NCBI GenBank assembly: GCA_025057905.1
Contig: JANWUX010000001.1
Coordinates: forward strand, 20,155-84,154
Direction: 5' to 3'
DNA from: Patescibacteria group bacterium
GTDB taxonomy: Bacteria > Patescibacteriota > Microgenomatia > UBA1406 > GWC2-37-13
DNA: 64,000 nucleotides
The position numbers and the translations under genes were made by a program. The notes under the pieces were generated by a model. It ran no database searches. It was not told the origin of the DNA and saw only the letters and a list, made by a program, of their open reading frames with translations. How positions within the stretch are numbered: the first letter of the stretch is position 1; the number at the start of each line of letters is the position of its first letter. This document shows positions 10,515 through 19,024 of this stretch, piece by piece.

Positions 10515-11918
10515 TTAGTGACCAATTTTAATTCTAAGTGTATCTGGCACAATTTTTTCGATCACCTTATAAACATCACCAGCGCCCATCGTGATTATTA
10601 TATCCTCCGCTCTCAGAATCAAGGTTAGCTGGTCTCTTAGAGATTCTTCGTTATCAATGAAGATGAGCTTTTTTTTACTCGGAACGACTAGCTTCTGAGA
10701 GGTTATTTGAAAATCTTCCTTTCTCTCTCTGGCCGAGGCAAAAATTGGCAGAATATAGGCAATATCTGCAAGTGATAAGCTTTCTCTAAAATTAGTCAAG
10801 AAGGCAACGGTTCTTGAGTACGTGTGAGGCTGAAAAATGACAATAATTCGGCGTTTTTTGAATCTTTGTCTGGCTGCTAGGATAGTTTTTTCAATCTCTT
10901 TTGGATGATGACCGTAGTCATCAAAAATCATTAGCCGGTTGATCTTTTTTACCAATTCAAATCTTCTTTTGGCACCGAGAAAATCTTTTAGGCTTGATTT
11001 GATTTGATTGGATGTGAAACCCAAGACATTTAAAAAGCTAATCACGGCCGTGGCGTTGAGAATGTTGTGGAGACCAAAAAGAGACAATTCAAACTCACCT
11101 AGGCCAGCAATCCGAAACCAACTCCCTGTCTCGGTGACGCGCCAGTTAACAATTCGATAATCAGCATCTTTGTTTGTTCCATAAGTAACTAGTCTTTCTG
11201 GTTTCACTAGACGGATGACTTCCCGAGTTGGTTTATCATCTAGGTTAACTACCAGTTTTCTTCCATCGAAAAAGCTGGTAAAGGTTTTTTTTACGGTGTC
11301 AATGTTGTCATAAACATCAGGATGATCATAATCAATATTCGTGTTTATAATCCAATCCGGAGTCAGTCTAAGGATCTTTGGCGTCATGTCATCAGGAGGC
11401 GAAACAGCATACTCATCTGCCTCGACGACAAAATACTTTTTCTCCTGACAATCACTCCCAAGAAATTCCGTTTTTTTGTCCTTAAAAGAAGGGGCGCCGA
11501 CCAGATAAGATGGCTTTTGATTCAAAAGGATAAGGGAATAGCTCAAAAGAGAAGCGGTCGTGGTTTTCCCATGGCAGCCAGAGACGGCAACCTTGATCGA
11601 AAAATCACTCCAAAGTTTATTGAAAAAATCAACTTGAGACATGATTTTTATGCCTTTTTTTTTGGCTTCTTGAACCAGAGGATTGGCAAAACCTTGATGA
11701 GCAGCTGAATAGATAAGCAGATCAACTTTCTCGGGCAGAAAATTAAACTGAGTCTGAAAATTAATTCGATGCTTCTTAAGAATTTCATCGGTAATAAATG
11801 TTTCTTTTACGTCAACACCAGTAACCCTCTTTCCAAGTTTTTTTAGAATTACGGCCAGATTAGCCATGGCCACTCCTTTGATTCCCAACAAAAAAATGAA
11901 TTGAAAGTCTTTAATCAT
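10515..11918 (-). CDS. murC: UDP-MurNAc:L-Ala ligase MurC
   Basis: 467-aa Mur ligase with N-domain GIKGVAMANLAVILKKLGKRVTGVD, P-loop VSGCHGKTTTASLL and DYDHPDVY. Confidence 0.9.
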   Translation of the reverse strand: MIKDFQFIFLLGIKGVAMANLAVILKKLGKRVTGVDVKETFITDEILKKHRINFQTQFNFLPEKVDLLIYSAAHQGFANPLVQEAKKKGIKIMSQVDFFNKLWSDFSIKVAVSGCHGKTTTASLLSYSLILLNQKPSYLVGAPSFKDKKTEFLGSDCQEKKYFVVEADEYAVSPPDDMTPKILRLTPDWIINTNIDYDHPDVYDNIDTVKKTFTSFFDGRKLVVNLDDKPTREVIRLVKPERLVTYGTNKDADYRIVNWRVTETGSWFRIAGLGEFELSLFGLHNILNATAVISFLNVLGFTSNQIKSSLKDFLGAKRRFELVKKINRLMIFDDYGHHPKEIEKTILAARQRFKKRRIIVIFQPHTYSRTVAFLTNFRESLSLADIAYILPIFASARERKEDFQITSQKLVVPSKKKLIFIDNEESLRDQLTLILRAEDIIITMGAGDVYKVIEKIVPDTLRIKIGH

Positions 11919-11927
11919 CGAAAAAAA

Positions 11928-11936
11928 ATTTTATCA
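11928..11936 (-). promoter_or_regulatory. Candidate extended -10 promoter of murC (TGATAAAAT), 9 nt upstream of the ATG
   Basis: The minus strand reads TGA-TAAAAT-TTTTTTTCG-ATG. No convincing -35 was found. Confidence 0.35.
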
Positions 11937-12195
11937 ATCAATACTAATTTTTTAAGCCTAAATGTAAGTAATTTGAGATATCAATCATTTTCATATTGAG
12001 TCAATAATTTCCCATCAAGAAGGTTGTCAGTCATAACCGTTATTTACTGGCAAAAAGTAAAAAAGAGCAAAGATTCTTTCGTTGGATAATTTTTCCACTT
12101 TCAGGTGTTTTTTTTGGGCAATTATTTGACTGTCTTGGTTGAAATGTGCTCGTTTTTTTTAATTTTTAATCTCAAAACTATGTTCTCCACAAGAG

Positions 12196-12951
12196 TTAAG
12201 TGGTTATAATCGCCACTGCCGAAATCATCTCACCTCGGTCATTTTTTTTTCTCTTTCTTAATCTCCGAAAGGAAAAAAATCTTTTTTTGTCGCAGGCGGT
12301 GCAGAAAGGAAAAAAATCAATGTTGTTTGGACTGATTCCCATCTCAATAATCAATGAGTAATTTAACTTTAATAAACAAAGATGCCACGATCCTTTTATC
12401 CACTGAAAAATCTCCTTAGAGTAAGTTTCAAACTCCTGGCGGAAATTGTGATACCGGTCTTCGTCGATATCATAACAGCACTGACCAATCGATGGGCCAA
12501 GGAGAACTTTAAGAGTCTCTCGATTAGCGCCAATTTTAAGAAGAGTATCAATCATTTTCTGAGGCAGTCTTTTGAGGCTGCCCCGCCATCCCTGGTGAGA
12601 AATTCCAATTAATGGTTTCTTTTCATCAAGATAGATTATCGGAAGACAATCGGCGCTGATGACGGTTAATACAACACCAGGCACTCCGGTAATCAAACCG
12701 TCAACGTTATCAACTTTCTCAATTAGAAAACTAGTTTGAAAGTGATCAACTATGACGATATTTGCCGAGTGAATTTGTTGAGGGACAATGATTTTCCTAA
12801 ATGTAATTTGATTCTGTCTTAAGAAAGTGATAAGTTTATTTTTCTGTCGGCCATCGCCAAAATTTCGAGTAAAGAACCCAGCGAAGAATTTCTCCTTATC
12901 AACAAAAGAAGAATAAAAAAACCTTTGATCTTTGTCGGAAAACAACATCAA
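12196..12951 (-). CDS. pgeF: YfiH/PgeF family (Cu-oxidase_4; peptidoglycan editing factor / purine nucleoside phosphorylase-like)
   Basis: 251 aa with VISADCLPIIYLD, GISHQGWRGS and CTACDKKRFFSFRR, which are the conserved His/Cys/His elements of YfiH. Its start abuts the murE stop. Confidence 0.85.
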   Translation of the reverse strand: MMLFSDKDQRFFYSSFVDKEKFFAGFFTRNFGDGRQKNKLITFLRQNQITFRKIIVPQQIHSANIVIVDHFQTSFLIEKVDNVDGLITGVPGVVLTVISADCLPIIYLDEKKPLIGISHQGWRGSLKRLPQKMIDTLLKIGANRETLKVLLGPSIGQCCYDIDEDRYHNFRQEFETYSKEIFQWIKGSWHLCLLKLNYSLIIEMGISPNNIDFFPFCTACDKKRFFSFRRLRKRKKNDRGEMISAVAIITT

Positions 12952-14148
12952 TCAAAAACTAATTTTTTTGATTATCTTTGATAAAACTCTCTTGACGGCT
13001 TCCTGATCACTCCATGGGTATTCAATTTTTCCTCGGCACAGACTCTTCTCGTGACCTTTACCGGTGATCAAAACGACATCGCCTTTTTTTGCCATCAGAA
13101 TAGCTTTTCTTATGGCCCTCTCTCGATTAATAATCACCTCATAGTTCGAATAGTTTTTTCTGAAACCAGAAATAATCTGCTGACAAATAAGTTTTGGATC
13201 CTCGGTCCGATAGTCCTCTTCGGTGAGAATGATAAAGTCGGCATACTGACTGGCGTACTGTCCCATCATCGATCGCTTTAATGAATCACGAAGGCCGGCC
13301 GATCCAAACACATGAACCAGCCTTCCGGACGAACCAAGGAATCTTTTTTTAACTTCTGGAAGAAGAACCCGAAAGGCATTTGGTGTGTGGGCAAAGTCAA
13401 CGATCACAGTAAACAAGTTTCTGTAGACAATTTCCAATCGACCAGAAGGTAAAGAAAAACTTTTCATCGCCGAAAGGATCTCCTCCTTGGCAAAACCTAA
13501 ACTTTCACAAGCCAGGAAAGCCGCGGCGTAATTGTACTGATTAAAAATAGCCAAGTTAGGAAAGTGTTTTCTTATCAAACCTAGCTTGGTTAGATAGTTT
13601 TTAGCTTTCTGTTTGACTGATTGACTAAGGAATGAGTATGACTGATCTTTTGGATTTAAAATAACGATCGTCGATGCCTTCAAGAGTTTTTCTTTAGCTT
13701 TGACGTAATTCTCATAAGTTCGATGATAATCAAGGTGCTCATGAGTGATGTTTGTTAACACACCGATAGCAAATTTGAGTCCCCAAACTCGGTTTTGGTC
13801 CAGAGCATGAGAGGTAGTTTCAAGAACGAAGTATTCATCGCCCTTTTCAACCGCTGATCTGAGAAATCTTTGAATGACGAAGGAAGATGGTGTTGTCACA
13901 TGTAGTCCAGTATCATAAACTCGATCACCAATTTGAGCAAAAATTGTCGTTACGAATGATACTTTTTTTTTAAGTGTTTTAAGAATGTGAGCAATCAGGG
14001 CTGTCGTCGTTGTTTTACCGTCAGTCCCGGTAACACCGATAAGAGTCAGCTTTTGTGAAGGAAAACGAAAGTAAATGTTGGCACCAATAGCTTCAAGAAG
14101 ATGGATAAAATTTTTCGCTTTTCTGAGAGTCATCATTCTCCAAAGCAA
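12952..14148 (-). CDS. murE: MurE-type Mur ligase lacking the N-terminal UDP-binding domain
   Basis: 398 aa. The P-loop GVTGTDGKTTT already lies at about residue 40. Other motifs are ETTSHALDQNRV, THEHLDYHRTYENYVKAK, VDFAHTPNAF, GSAGLRDSLKR and TEEDYRTEDP, all MurE-like. It occupies the canonical position after ftsI. Confidence 0.85.
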   Translation of the reverse strand: MLWRMMTLRKAKNFIHLLEAIGANIYFRFPSQKLTLIGVTGTDGKTTTTALIAHILKTLKKKVSFVTTIFAQIGDRVYDTGLHVTTPSSFVIQRFLRSAVEKGDEYFVLETTSHALDQNRVWGLKFAIGVLTNITHEHLDYHRTYENYVKAKEKLLKASTIVILNPKDQSYSFLSQSVKQKAKNYLTKLGLIRKHFPNLAIFNQYNYAAAFLACESLGFAKEEILSAMKSFSLPSGRLEIVYRNLFTVIVDFAHTPNAFRVLLPEVKKRFLGSSGRLVHVFGSAGLRDSLKRSMMGQYASQYADFIILTEEDYRTEDPKLICQQIISGFRKNYSNYEVIINRERAIRKAILMAKKGDVVLITGKGHEKSLCRGKIEYPWSDQEAVKRVLSKIIKKISF

Positions 14149-14152
14149 AAAC

Positions 14153-15808
14153 TCAATTTAAAAGATCATAATACACGATAAGCTCTTTAATAATATCAAA
14201 GAAAATTGGCGCTGCCGTCTCTGATCCCCAAGGCGAGGCTCTTGGCTCTTTTAGAGTAACAAGAATGATAATTTTTGGACTGTCAGCTGGGGCAAATCCG
14301 ATAAAGGAAGCGTTAGTTTTTGACGGATCATACTGACCACCGATTGGGACTTGGGCTGTTCCTGTTTTACCACCGATTTTTAGCCTCTCCGGTCGGTCCC
14401 AGTTAGCTTGGGAGTTCTCCACAGTTGCCACCAGCATCTTTTTTAGAATTTCACTAGTTAATTCAGAAAAGACTCGACGTTCTCTTTTTGGCTTTATTTT
14501 AATCTTCTCTTTTGTCGAGATGATTTCGTCGACAACATACGGCTTCATCAAATAGCCACCGTTGATCAAGCTAGCAAAAGCTCTAATCATGGCAATTGGT
14601 GTCACTGCAATTCCTTGGCCAAAAGAAACAGTGGCGTAGTCAATCTCATACCACCGATCTTTGGGCTTGATGACACTGATCGTTTCTCCCTGAAGATCAA
14701 TACCCGTCAGCTCATTGAAGCCAAGTTTAACAAGATACTGATAAAGTTTATCCTTCCCAAGTCTTTCACCAATGAAGACCATGCCAACGTTAGATGATTT
14801 TTCCAGAATTCTTGTCATCGTTATTTTCCCTTCATACTTATCGTCCCAAGTTTTGATTTGATAATGACCAATTTTGATCGGCCCGGTTTCCTCATATAGA
14901 TCCGTTGGTCGGATTTTCTTCTCTTCAATCGCTGCTGCCATAATCAAAGGCTTGAAAATTGAGCCAGGTTCATAGACCTCAGAAATCGCTGGATTACGAA
15001 AAAAATCCTCGGAAAAGAGATAATATTTTTCCAAGTCATAGTCGGGGAGGCACATTAGACTGACAACGGCCATTGTCTGGGGATTAGCGATGATAACACA
15101 GCCCTTCTTTGCTTGATATCTCTCAATTCCTTCGGCCAATCTTCTCTTGGCTATTTGTTGAATTGTTTTATCAAGAGTTAGAACCAAGTCTCGACCGTTT
15201 TCAGGATTTATGATGTTTTGAACGCCGGCAAAGATTGGTCGATTAAAAAAGTCTCTCTCTGATTCAATCAGACCAGGCATCCCAGCTAAATCCTGTTGGT
15301 AAAAGCCTTCAATCCCAAAATAACCAACATCATCTCCTTGAGAGTTTTTGCCGACAAAGCCAAGAAGATGAGCAGACAAAGATGATTCTGGATAGTATCG
15401 TTTCATTCTCTTTTCAAAGCCCAGACCTTTTAATTTTTCTTTTTCTAACTCAATTTTTGTCTCTTCATTGATTTCAGAAATCAGCGCCAGCCAGTCTTTG
15501 GTTGGATCGAATTTTGCCTCAAGCGATGCCTGAGATATGCTTAATTTCTCACTTAAAATTTTGAAAAGTCTGTCTTTGTCGACGATTTTCTTTGGCTCAA
15601 GGTAGAGAAGATAAGTATTTTGATTCAAGACCAGTGGCGTTTTTTTTATATCATAAATTTTTCCTCGCTGTGGGGACAACCTGATTGATCTTAGGTAAAG
15701 ATCATATCGAAAATCGTAGGGAAAAATTACTTGAAGAAAAAAAAGTTTAACAACAATCAAGAGAAAAAAAATCAAAAATATTAGAAAGAGAAACTTAGTT
15801 CTGGTCAT
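14153..15808 (-). CDS. ftsI: Class B penicillin-binding protein (FtsI/PBP2B-like transpeptidase)
   Basis: It has an N-terminal TM helix, then SxxK (GSIFKP), SxN (SSNVG) and KTG (GKTGTA). The start is taken at ATG 15808. The track ORF extends to 15838. Confidence 0.9.
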   Translation of the reverse strand: MTRTKFLFLIFLIFFLLIVVKLFFLQVIFPYDFRYDLYLRSIRLSPQRGKIYDIKKTPLVLNQNTYLLYLEPKKIVDKDRLFKILSEKLSISQASLEAKFDPTKDWLALISEINEETKIELEKEKLKGLGFEKRMKRYYPESSLSAHLLGFVGKNSQGDDVGYFGIEGFYQQDLAGMPGLIESERDFFNRPIFAGVQNIINPENGRDLVLTLDKTIQQIAKRRLAEGIERYQAKKGCVIIANPQTMAVVSLMCLPDYDLEKYYLFSEDFFRNPAISEVYEPGSIFKPLIMAAAIEEKKIRPTDLYEETGPIKIGHYQIKTWDDKYEGKITMTRILEKSSNVGMVFIGERLGKDKLYQYLVKLGFNELTGIDLQGETISVIKPKDRWYEIDYATVSFGQGIAVTPIAMIRAFASLINGGYLMKPYVVDEIISTKEKIKIKPKRERRVFSELTSEILKKMLVATVENSQANWDRPERLKIGGKTGTAQVPIGGQYDPSKTNASFIGFAPADSPKIIILVTLKEPRASPWGSETAAPIFFDIIKELIVYYDLLN

Positions 15809-16082
15809 TTTTATGATGGAGTGCGTATTTAATGTCATCCAAGTAGTAGACTTCGGCCTTTTTTACAAACCCCAAAAACTCAGTAAATTGTCTTGCATAA
15901 GCAAGGGATGAAAGTCTGGATAGATCCCTTTCTAAATTAATGTTTTCAGTTTGAAGATCAGTAATTTTTTTTTCATAAAAAGCAATCTCTTCTGCCAACT
16001 TAATTGACGAATAAAAAAAGACAACGTTCAAAACAACAAAGACAAAAATCAGACTACCAATGATTAAATTGAGTCTTTTCAT
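15795..16082 (-). CDS. ftsL: FtsL-like septum protein (single TM + coiled coil)
   Basis: 95 aa with TM LIIGSLIFVFVVLNVVFFY followed by the heptad-like KITDLQTENINLERDLSRL. It sits between rsmH and ftsI. Confidence 0.6.
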   Translation of the reverse strand: MKRLNLIIGSLIFVFVVLNVVFFYSSIKLAEEIAFYEKKITDLQTENINLERDLSRLSSLAYARQFTEFLGFVKKAEVYYLDDIKYALHHKNDQN

Positions 16083-16909
16083 ACAAGAATCGTTCTTAAC
16101 TTGGCACTTCTTTCATAGGAGAACAAGCCACTGATTGGTTTTTTGTCAATTAGAATTAGCTGATTATCTCGGATGAATTTTTTGACTATTCGGTCTTCGA
16201 GCGATTGAAAACTGATGACAACTATCCGACCACCTTTCTTAACTAATTTAAGTGCTCTCTGAAGGCCTTTTTTTAAATTTTCAAGCTCGTTGTTAACAAC
16301 AATTCTCAACGCCTGAAAAACCCTCGCATAGGTTTTCTGTGAAGAGTAACCTAGCGCCTGATCTATGGCTAAAATCAGGTCACCGACGCAGGCTATCTTT
16401 TTTCTCAATCTGACTATCGACAAGGCAATTTTTCTTGAATTTACCTCCTCACCAAACCTTGAGAAAATATTTTCAAGTTCTTCGACGGACGTTTTCTTAA
16501 TTAGCTCAAGGGCCGTCAAAGTCTGATCGGGATCAAGCCTCATGTCAAGAACTTCATTAGTTTTTTTGTAAGAAAAGCCTCTGCCGGAATTCTCGAGCTG
16601 ACCCATCGAAAGACCAAGATCGAAGATGACCCCATCAACCATGAAAAATTGATTGTTAACAGCAATCTTGTCAATTTCGGCAAAATTACCTTTAACGAGT
16701 TTAAGAGAGTCTCCAAACTGATGGAGAATTTTTTGATTAATGGCTCTCTTTACCTGATCAGGATCAAGGTCGATTCCCAACACTATCCCCCCACGCCTGA
16801 GAATTTCTTGACTGTGACCACCCTCGCCAAAAGTGGCATCGATGTAACGACCTCCTGACCGTACCATAAGCCTATCCATAACTTGATCTAAGAGAACAGG
16901 GTGGTGCAT
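16079..16909 (-). CDS. rsmH: 16S rRNA (cytosine1402-N4)-methyltransferase RsmH
   Basis: Motifs are MHHPVLLDQV, DATFGEGGHS, GIDLDP, FDLGLSMGQLE and SFQSLEDR. Confidence 0.95.
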   Translation of the reverse strand: MHHPVLLDQVMDRLMVRSGGRYIDATFGEGGHSQEILRRGGIVLGIDLDPDQVKRAINQKILHQFGDSLKLVKGNFAEIDKIAVNNQFFMVDGVIFDLGLSMGQLENSGRGFSYKKTNEVLDMRLDPDQTLTALELIKKTSVEELENIFSRFGEEVNSRKIALSIVRLRKKIACVGDLILAIDQALGYSSQKTYARVFQALRIVVNNELENLKKGLQRALKLVKKGGRIVVISFQSLEDRIVKKFIRDNQLILIDKKPISGLFSYERSAKLRTILV

Positions 16910-16920
16910 TGTTTATGACT

Positions 16921-17313
16921 TTAAAAATGTTTTTTTTGGTAAATTTGCCATTTTTTTGGATTCCAAATCTCAAAATGATCACCAACTCCAATGATTAAGG
17001 CCTGATTCTCAAGTTGAGCAAAAACAAGAAGATGCCTGGGGATAACAAATCTTCCCTGGGCGTCAATTTCTAAATAAACAATTGAAGAAAAAAGAAACCT
17101 TTGCCGAGGAAGATTATCTCTGTCGATTAAAGAAAAGTTAAAAAAGCTCCTAGCTCTTTTTTCCCAATCTTCTCGGTCATAGCCTGACAGACAATGATCA
17201 AAGCCTTTACTCAAGACAAAGGTATCGCCCTTGATTAGCTCTCGGATTTTTTTTGGCAAAACCAATCGGCCAGGTGAAGTGAAAGAAAGGCGATATTCAC
17301 CAAAAAAAACCAT
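16921..17313 (-). CDS. mraZ: Transcriptional regulator MraZ
   Basis: 130 aa with two SpoVT/AbrB-like halves (GRLVLPKKIRE and GRFVIPRHL). It is the first gene of the dcw cluster. Confidence 0.9.
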   Translation of the reverse strand: MVFFGEYRLSFTSPGRLVLPKKIRELIKGDTFVLSKGFDHCLSGYDREDWEKRARSFFNFSLIDRDNLPRQRFLFSSIVYLEIDAQGRFVIPRHLLVFAQLENQALIIGVGDHFEIWNPKKWQIYQKKHF

Positions 17314-17339
17314 ATAAAACCATTATTCACCAAAAAAAA
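17294..17339 (-). repeat. 16-nt direct repeat TTTTTTTTGGTGAATA (minus strand) x2, spaced 30 nt; candidate MraZ operator boxes
   Basis: The plus strand has tattcaccaaaaaaaa at 17294-17309 and again at 17324-17339. One copy covers mraZ codons 2-6. The other covers the spacer and -10 of the predicted mraZ promoter. Confidence 0.35.
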
Positions 17340-17350
17340 ACGATTGTCAA
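17322..17350 (-). promoter_or_regulatory. Candidate mraZ (dcw) promoter: -35 TTGACA, 17-nt spacer, -10 AATAAT, 8 nt to the ATG
   Basis: The minus strand reads TTGACA-ATCGTTTTTTTTTGGTG-AATAAT-GGTTTTAT-ATG. Confidence 0.5.
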
Positions 17351-17356
17351 GAAAAT

Positions 17357-17386
17357 TTCTCAATTTAAAGCCAAATTTCATATAAT
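17357..17386 (+). promoter_or_regulatory. Candidate murJ promoter: -35 TTCTCA, 18-nt spacer, -10 TATAAT, 9 nt to the ATG
   Basis: The plus strand has TATAAT at 17381-17386 and the ATG at 17396, with no Shine-Dalgarno sequence between them. It lies back-to-back with the mraZ promoter. Confidence 0.4.
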
Positions 17387-17395
17387 ATCAAAACA

Positions 17396-19024
17396 ATGAA
17401 TGAGCTCATAAAAAGAACCTCCAACCTAATCCTGGCTAGACAAACGAGTATTTTCTCTTCAGCTCTGATTATCTCCTCGATGATTTTTCTCACTTCAGTC
17501 TTCGGGTTTCTCCGATATCGAGTCCTAGCCAGCTATTTCTCCAAAGATCAGCTTGACGTATTCTTTGCCAGTTTCAAAATCCCTGATCTTATCTTTGAGA
17601 TTTTAGTCAATGGAACGCTGACAACTTCCCTTATATCCATCTACCTTCAGCAAAGAAGCAACCAAGAAGAGTTACGAACAAACATTTCTTCTCTTATCAA
17701 TTTGCTCCTACTCATTCTTGGCTTGCTCATTTTTCTCGTTTTAATTTTTCTTGAACCGATAATAAAACTAATCACGCCGGGATTCTTGCCTGAGAAAGCT
17801 CATCAGGTAACTCAGTTTGCCAGAGTACTTTTGGTTGGTCAGTTACCGTTCCTTATTCTTGGAAGCTTTCTATCTGCAATTAGCCAGGCAAACAAGATTT
17901 TTTTCCTCTCTGCCCTGGCGCCAGTCTTATTCAATCTCAGCATAATTGTCCTAACGCTCGTTTTTGGCAATAGGTATGGCCTGCTTGCTCCGATAATTGG
18001 TGTCGTCTCTGGAAGTTTTCTTCTTTTTCTGGTGCAAGTGCCTGTTGTTAGAAAGGTCAACCTTCAGTATCAGTTAGCGGTGAAAAAGACAAAGACTTTG
18101 ATCAATTTTTTTAAAATGGCCCTACCCAGGCTACTAACGGTGATCATTGGCCAAGTTGACGCTACCTTTGACCTGATCCTGGCCTCCTTCCTCAAGGCTG
18201 GCTCATACACCGTTTTTTATCTAGCTCAGCATCTTCAATTTTTGCCAGTTTCGGTTGTCGGCGTTGCTTTGGGACAAGCGTCATTACCCTATCTAGCCGA
18301 GACTTATCAGGAAAAAAAATTGAAAGCGCTGAAAGTAATTATTACTCAATCAATTCTAAACATATTTTTTATCATCGTTCCGATTACGACCTTCTTTATC
18401 TTCGCCCGAACTCCTTTGGTCAGACTTTTTTTTGGTGGCCAAAAATTTGATTGGCAAGCAACGAACGAGACTGCTCTGACGCTTTCACTGTTTTCTTTGG
18501 GGATGTCATTTCACGCTGTCTATTATCTGCTTACTCGAGTTTTTTACGCGATTGCCGATGCTTTTACTCCTTTCAAAGTTACCTTTCTCTCTACTCTTGT
18601 CAATATTCTTCTCAATTTTATTTTTGTTTTTGGTTATCGACTTCCCGTGGAGTTCTTGGGACTGTCGTTTTCAATTTCAATCACGTTAAGTTCGATTATC
18701 CTTTTTGTCATTCTTCATCGGAAACTTGAAGGTTTTGAAATCAGATCATTGATTATCGCCCTTGGAAAAATTATCTCTTGTGCTCTCGTTGCCAGTTTTG
18801 TTGCCTATTTTTTGATGAGATTTCTTGACGGCTTAATTTTCAATACCACGTTTTCGATAAATGTTTTTTTCCTTCTCCTAACCACGGCGATGATCTTCTT
18901 TTTTCTTTATCTATTGCTTTGCTGGCTGGTTGAGGTCAGGGAGATCTATCTCATTGGTAGAATAATAGTTAAAATGAGAGAATATCGAAAAAAAGTCGTT
19001 GAATTTTACAACCAGTATGAGTAA
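17396..19024 (+). CDS. murJ: Lipid II flippase MurJ (MviN/MOP family)
   Basis: 542 aa with about 14 TM helices. The N-terminus LARQTSIFSSALIISSMIFLTSVFGFLRYRVLASYF...DVFFASFKIPDL is typical of MurJ. Confidence 0.9.
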   Translation: MNELIKRTSNLILARQTSIFSSALIISSMIFLTSVFGFLRYRVLASYFSKDQLDVFFASFKIPDLIFEILVNGTLTTSLISIYLQQRSNQEELRTNISSLINLLLLILGLLIFLVLIFLEPIIKLITPGFLPEKAHQVTQFARVLLVGQLPFLILGSFLSAISQANKIFFLSALAPVLFNLSIIVLTLVFGNRYGLLAPIIGVVSGSFLLFLVQVPVVRKVNLQYQLAVKKTKTLINFFKMALPRLLTVIIGQVDATFDLILASFLKAGSYTVFYLAQHLQFLPVSVVGVALGQASLPYLAETYQEKKLKALKVIITQSILNIFFIIVPITTFFIFARTPLVRLFFGGQKFDWQATNETALTLSLFSLGMSFHAVYYLLTRVFYAIADAFTPFKVTFLSTLVNILLNFIFVFGYRLPVEFLGLSFSISITLSSIILFVILHRKLEGFEIRSLIIALGKIISCALVASFVAYFLMRFLDGLIFNTTFSINVFFLLLTTAMIFFFLYLLLCWLVEVREIYLIGRIIVKMREYRKKVVEFYNQYE

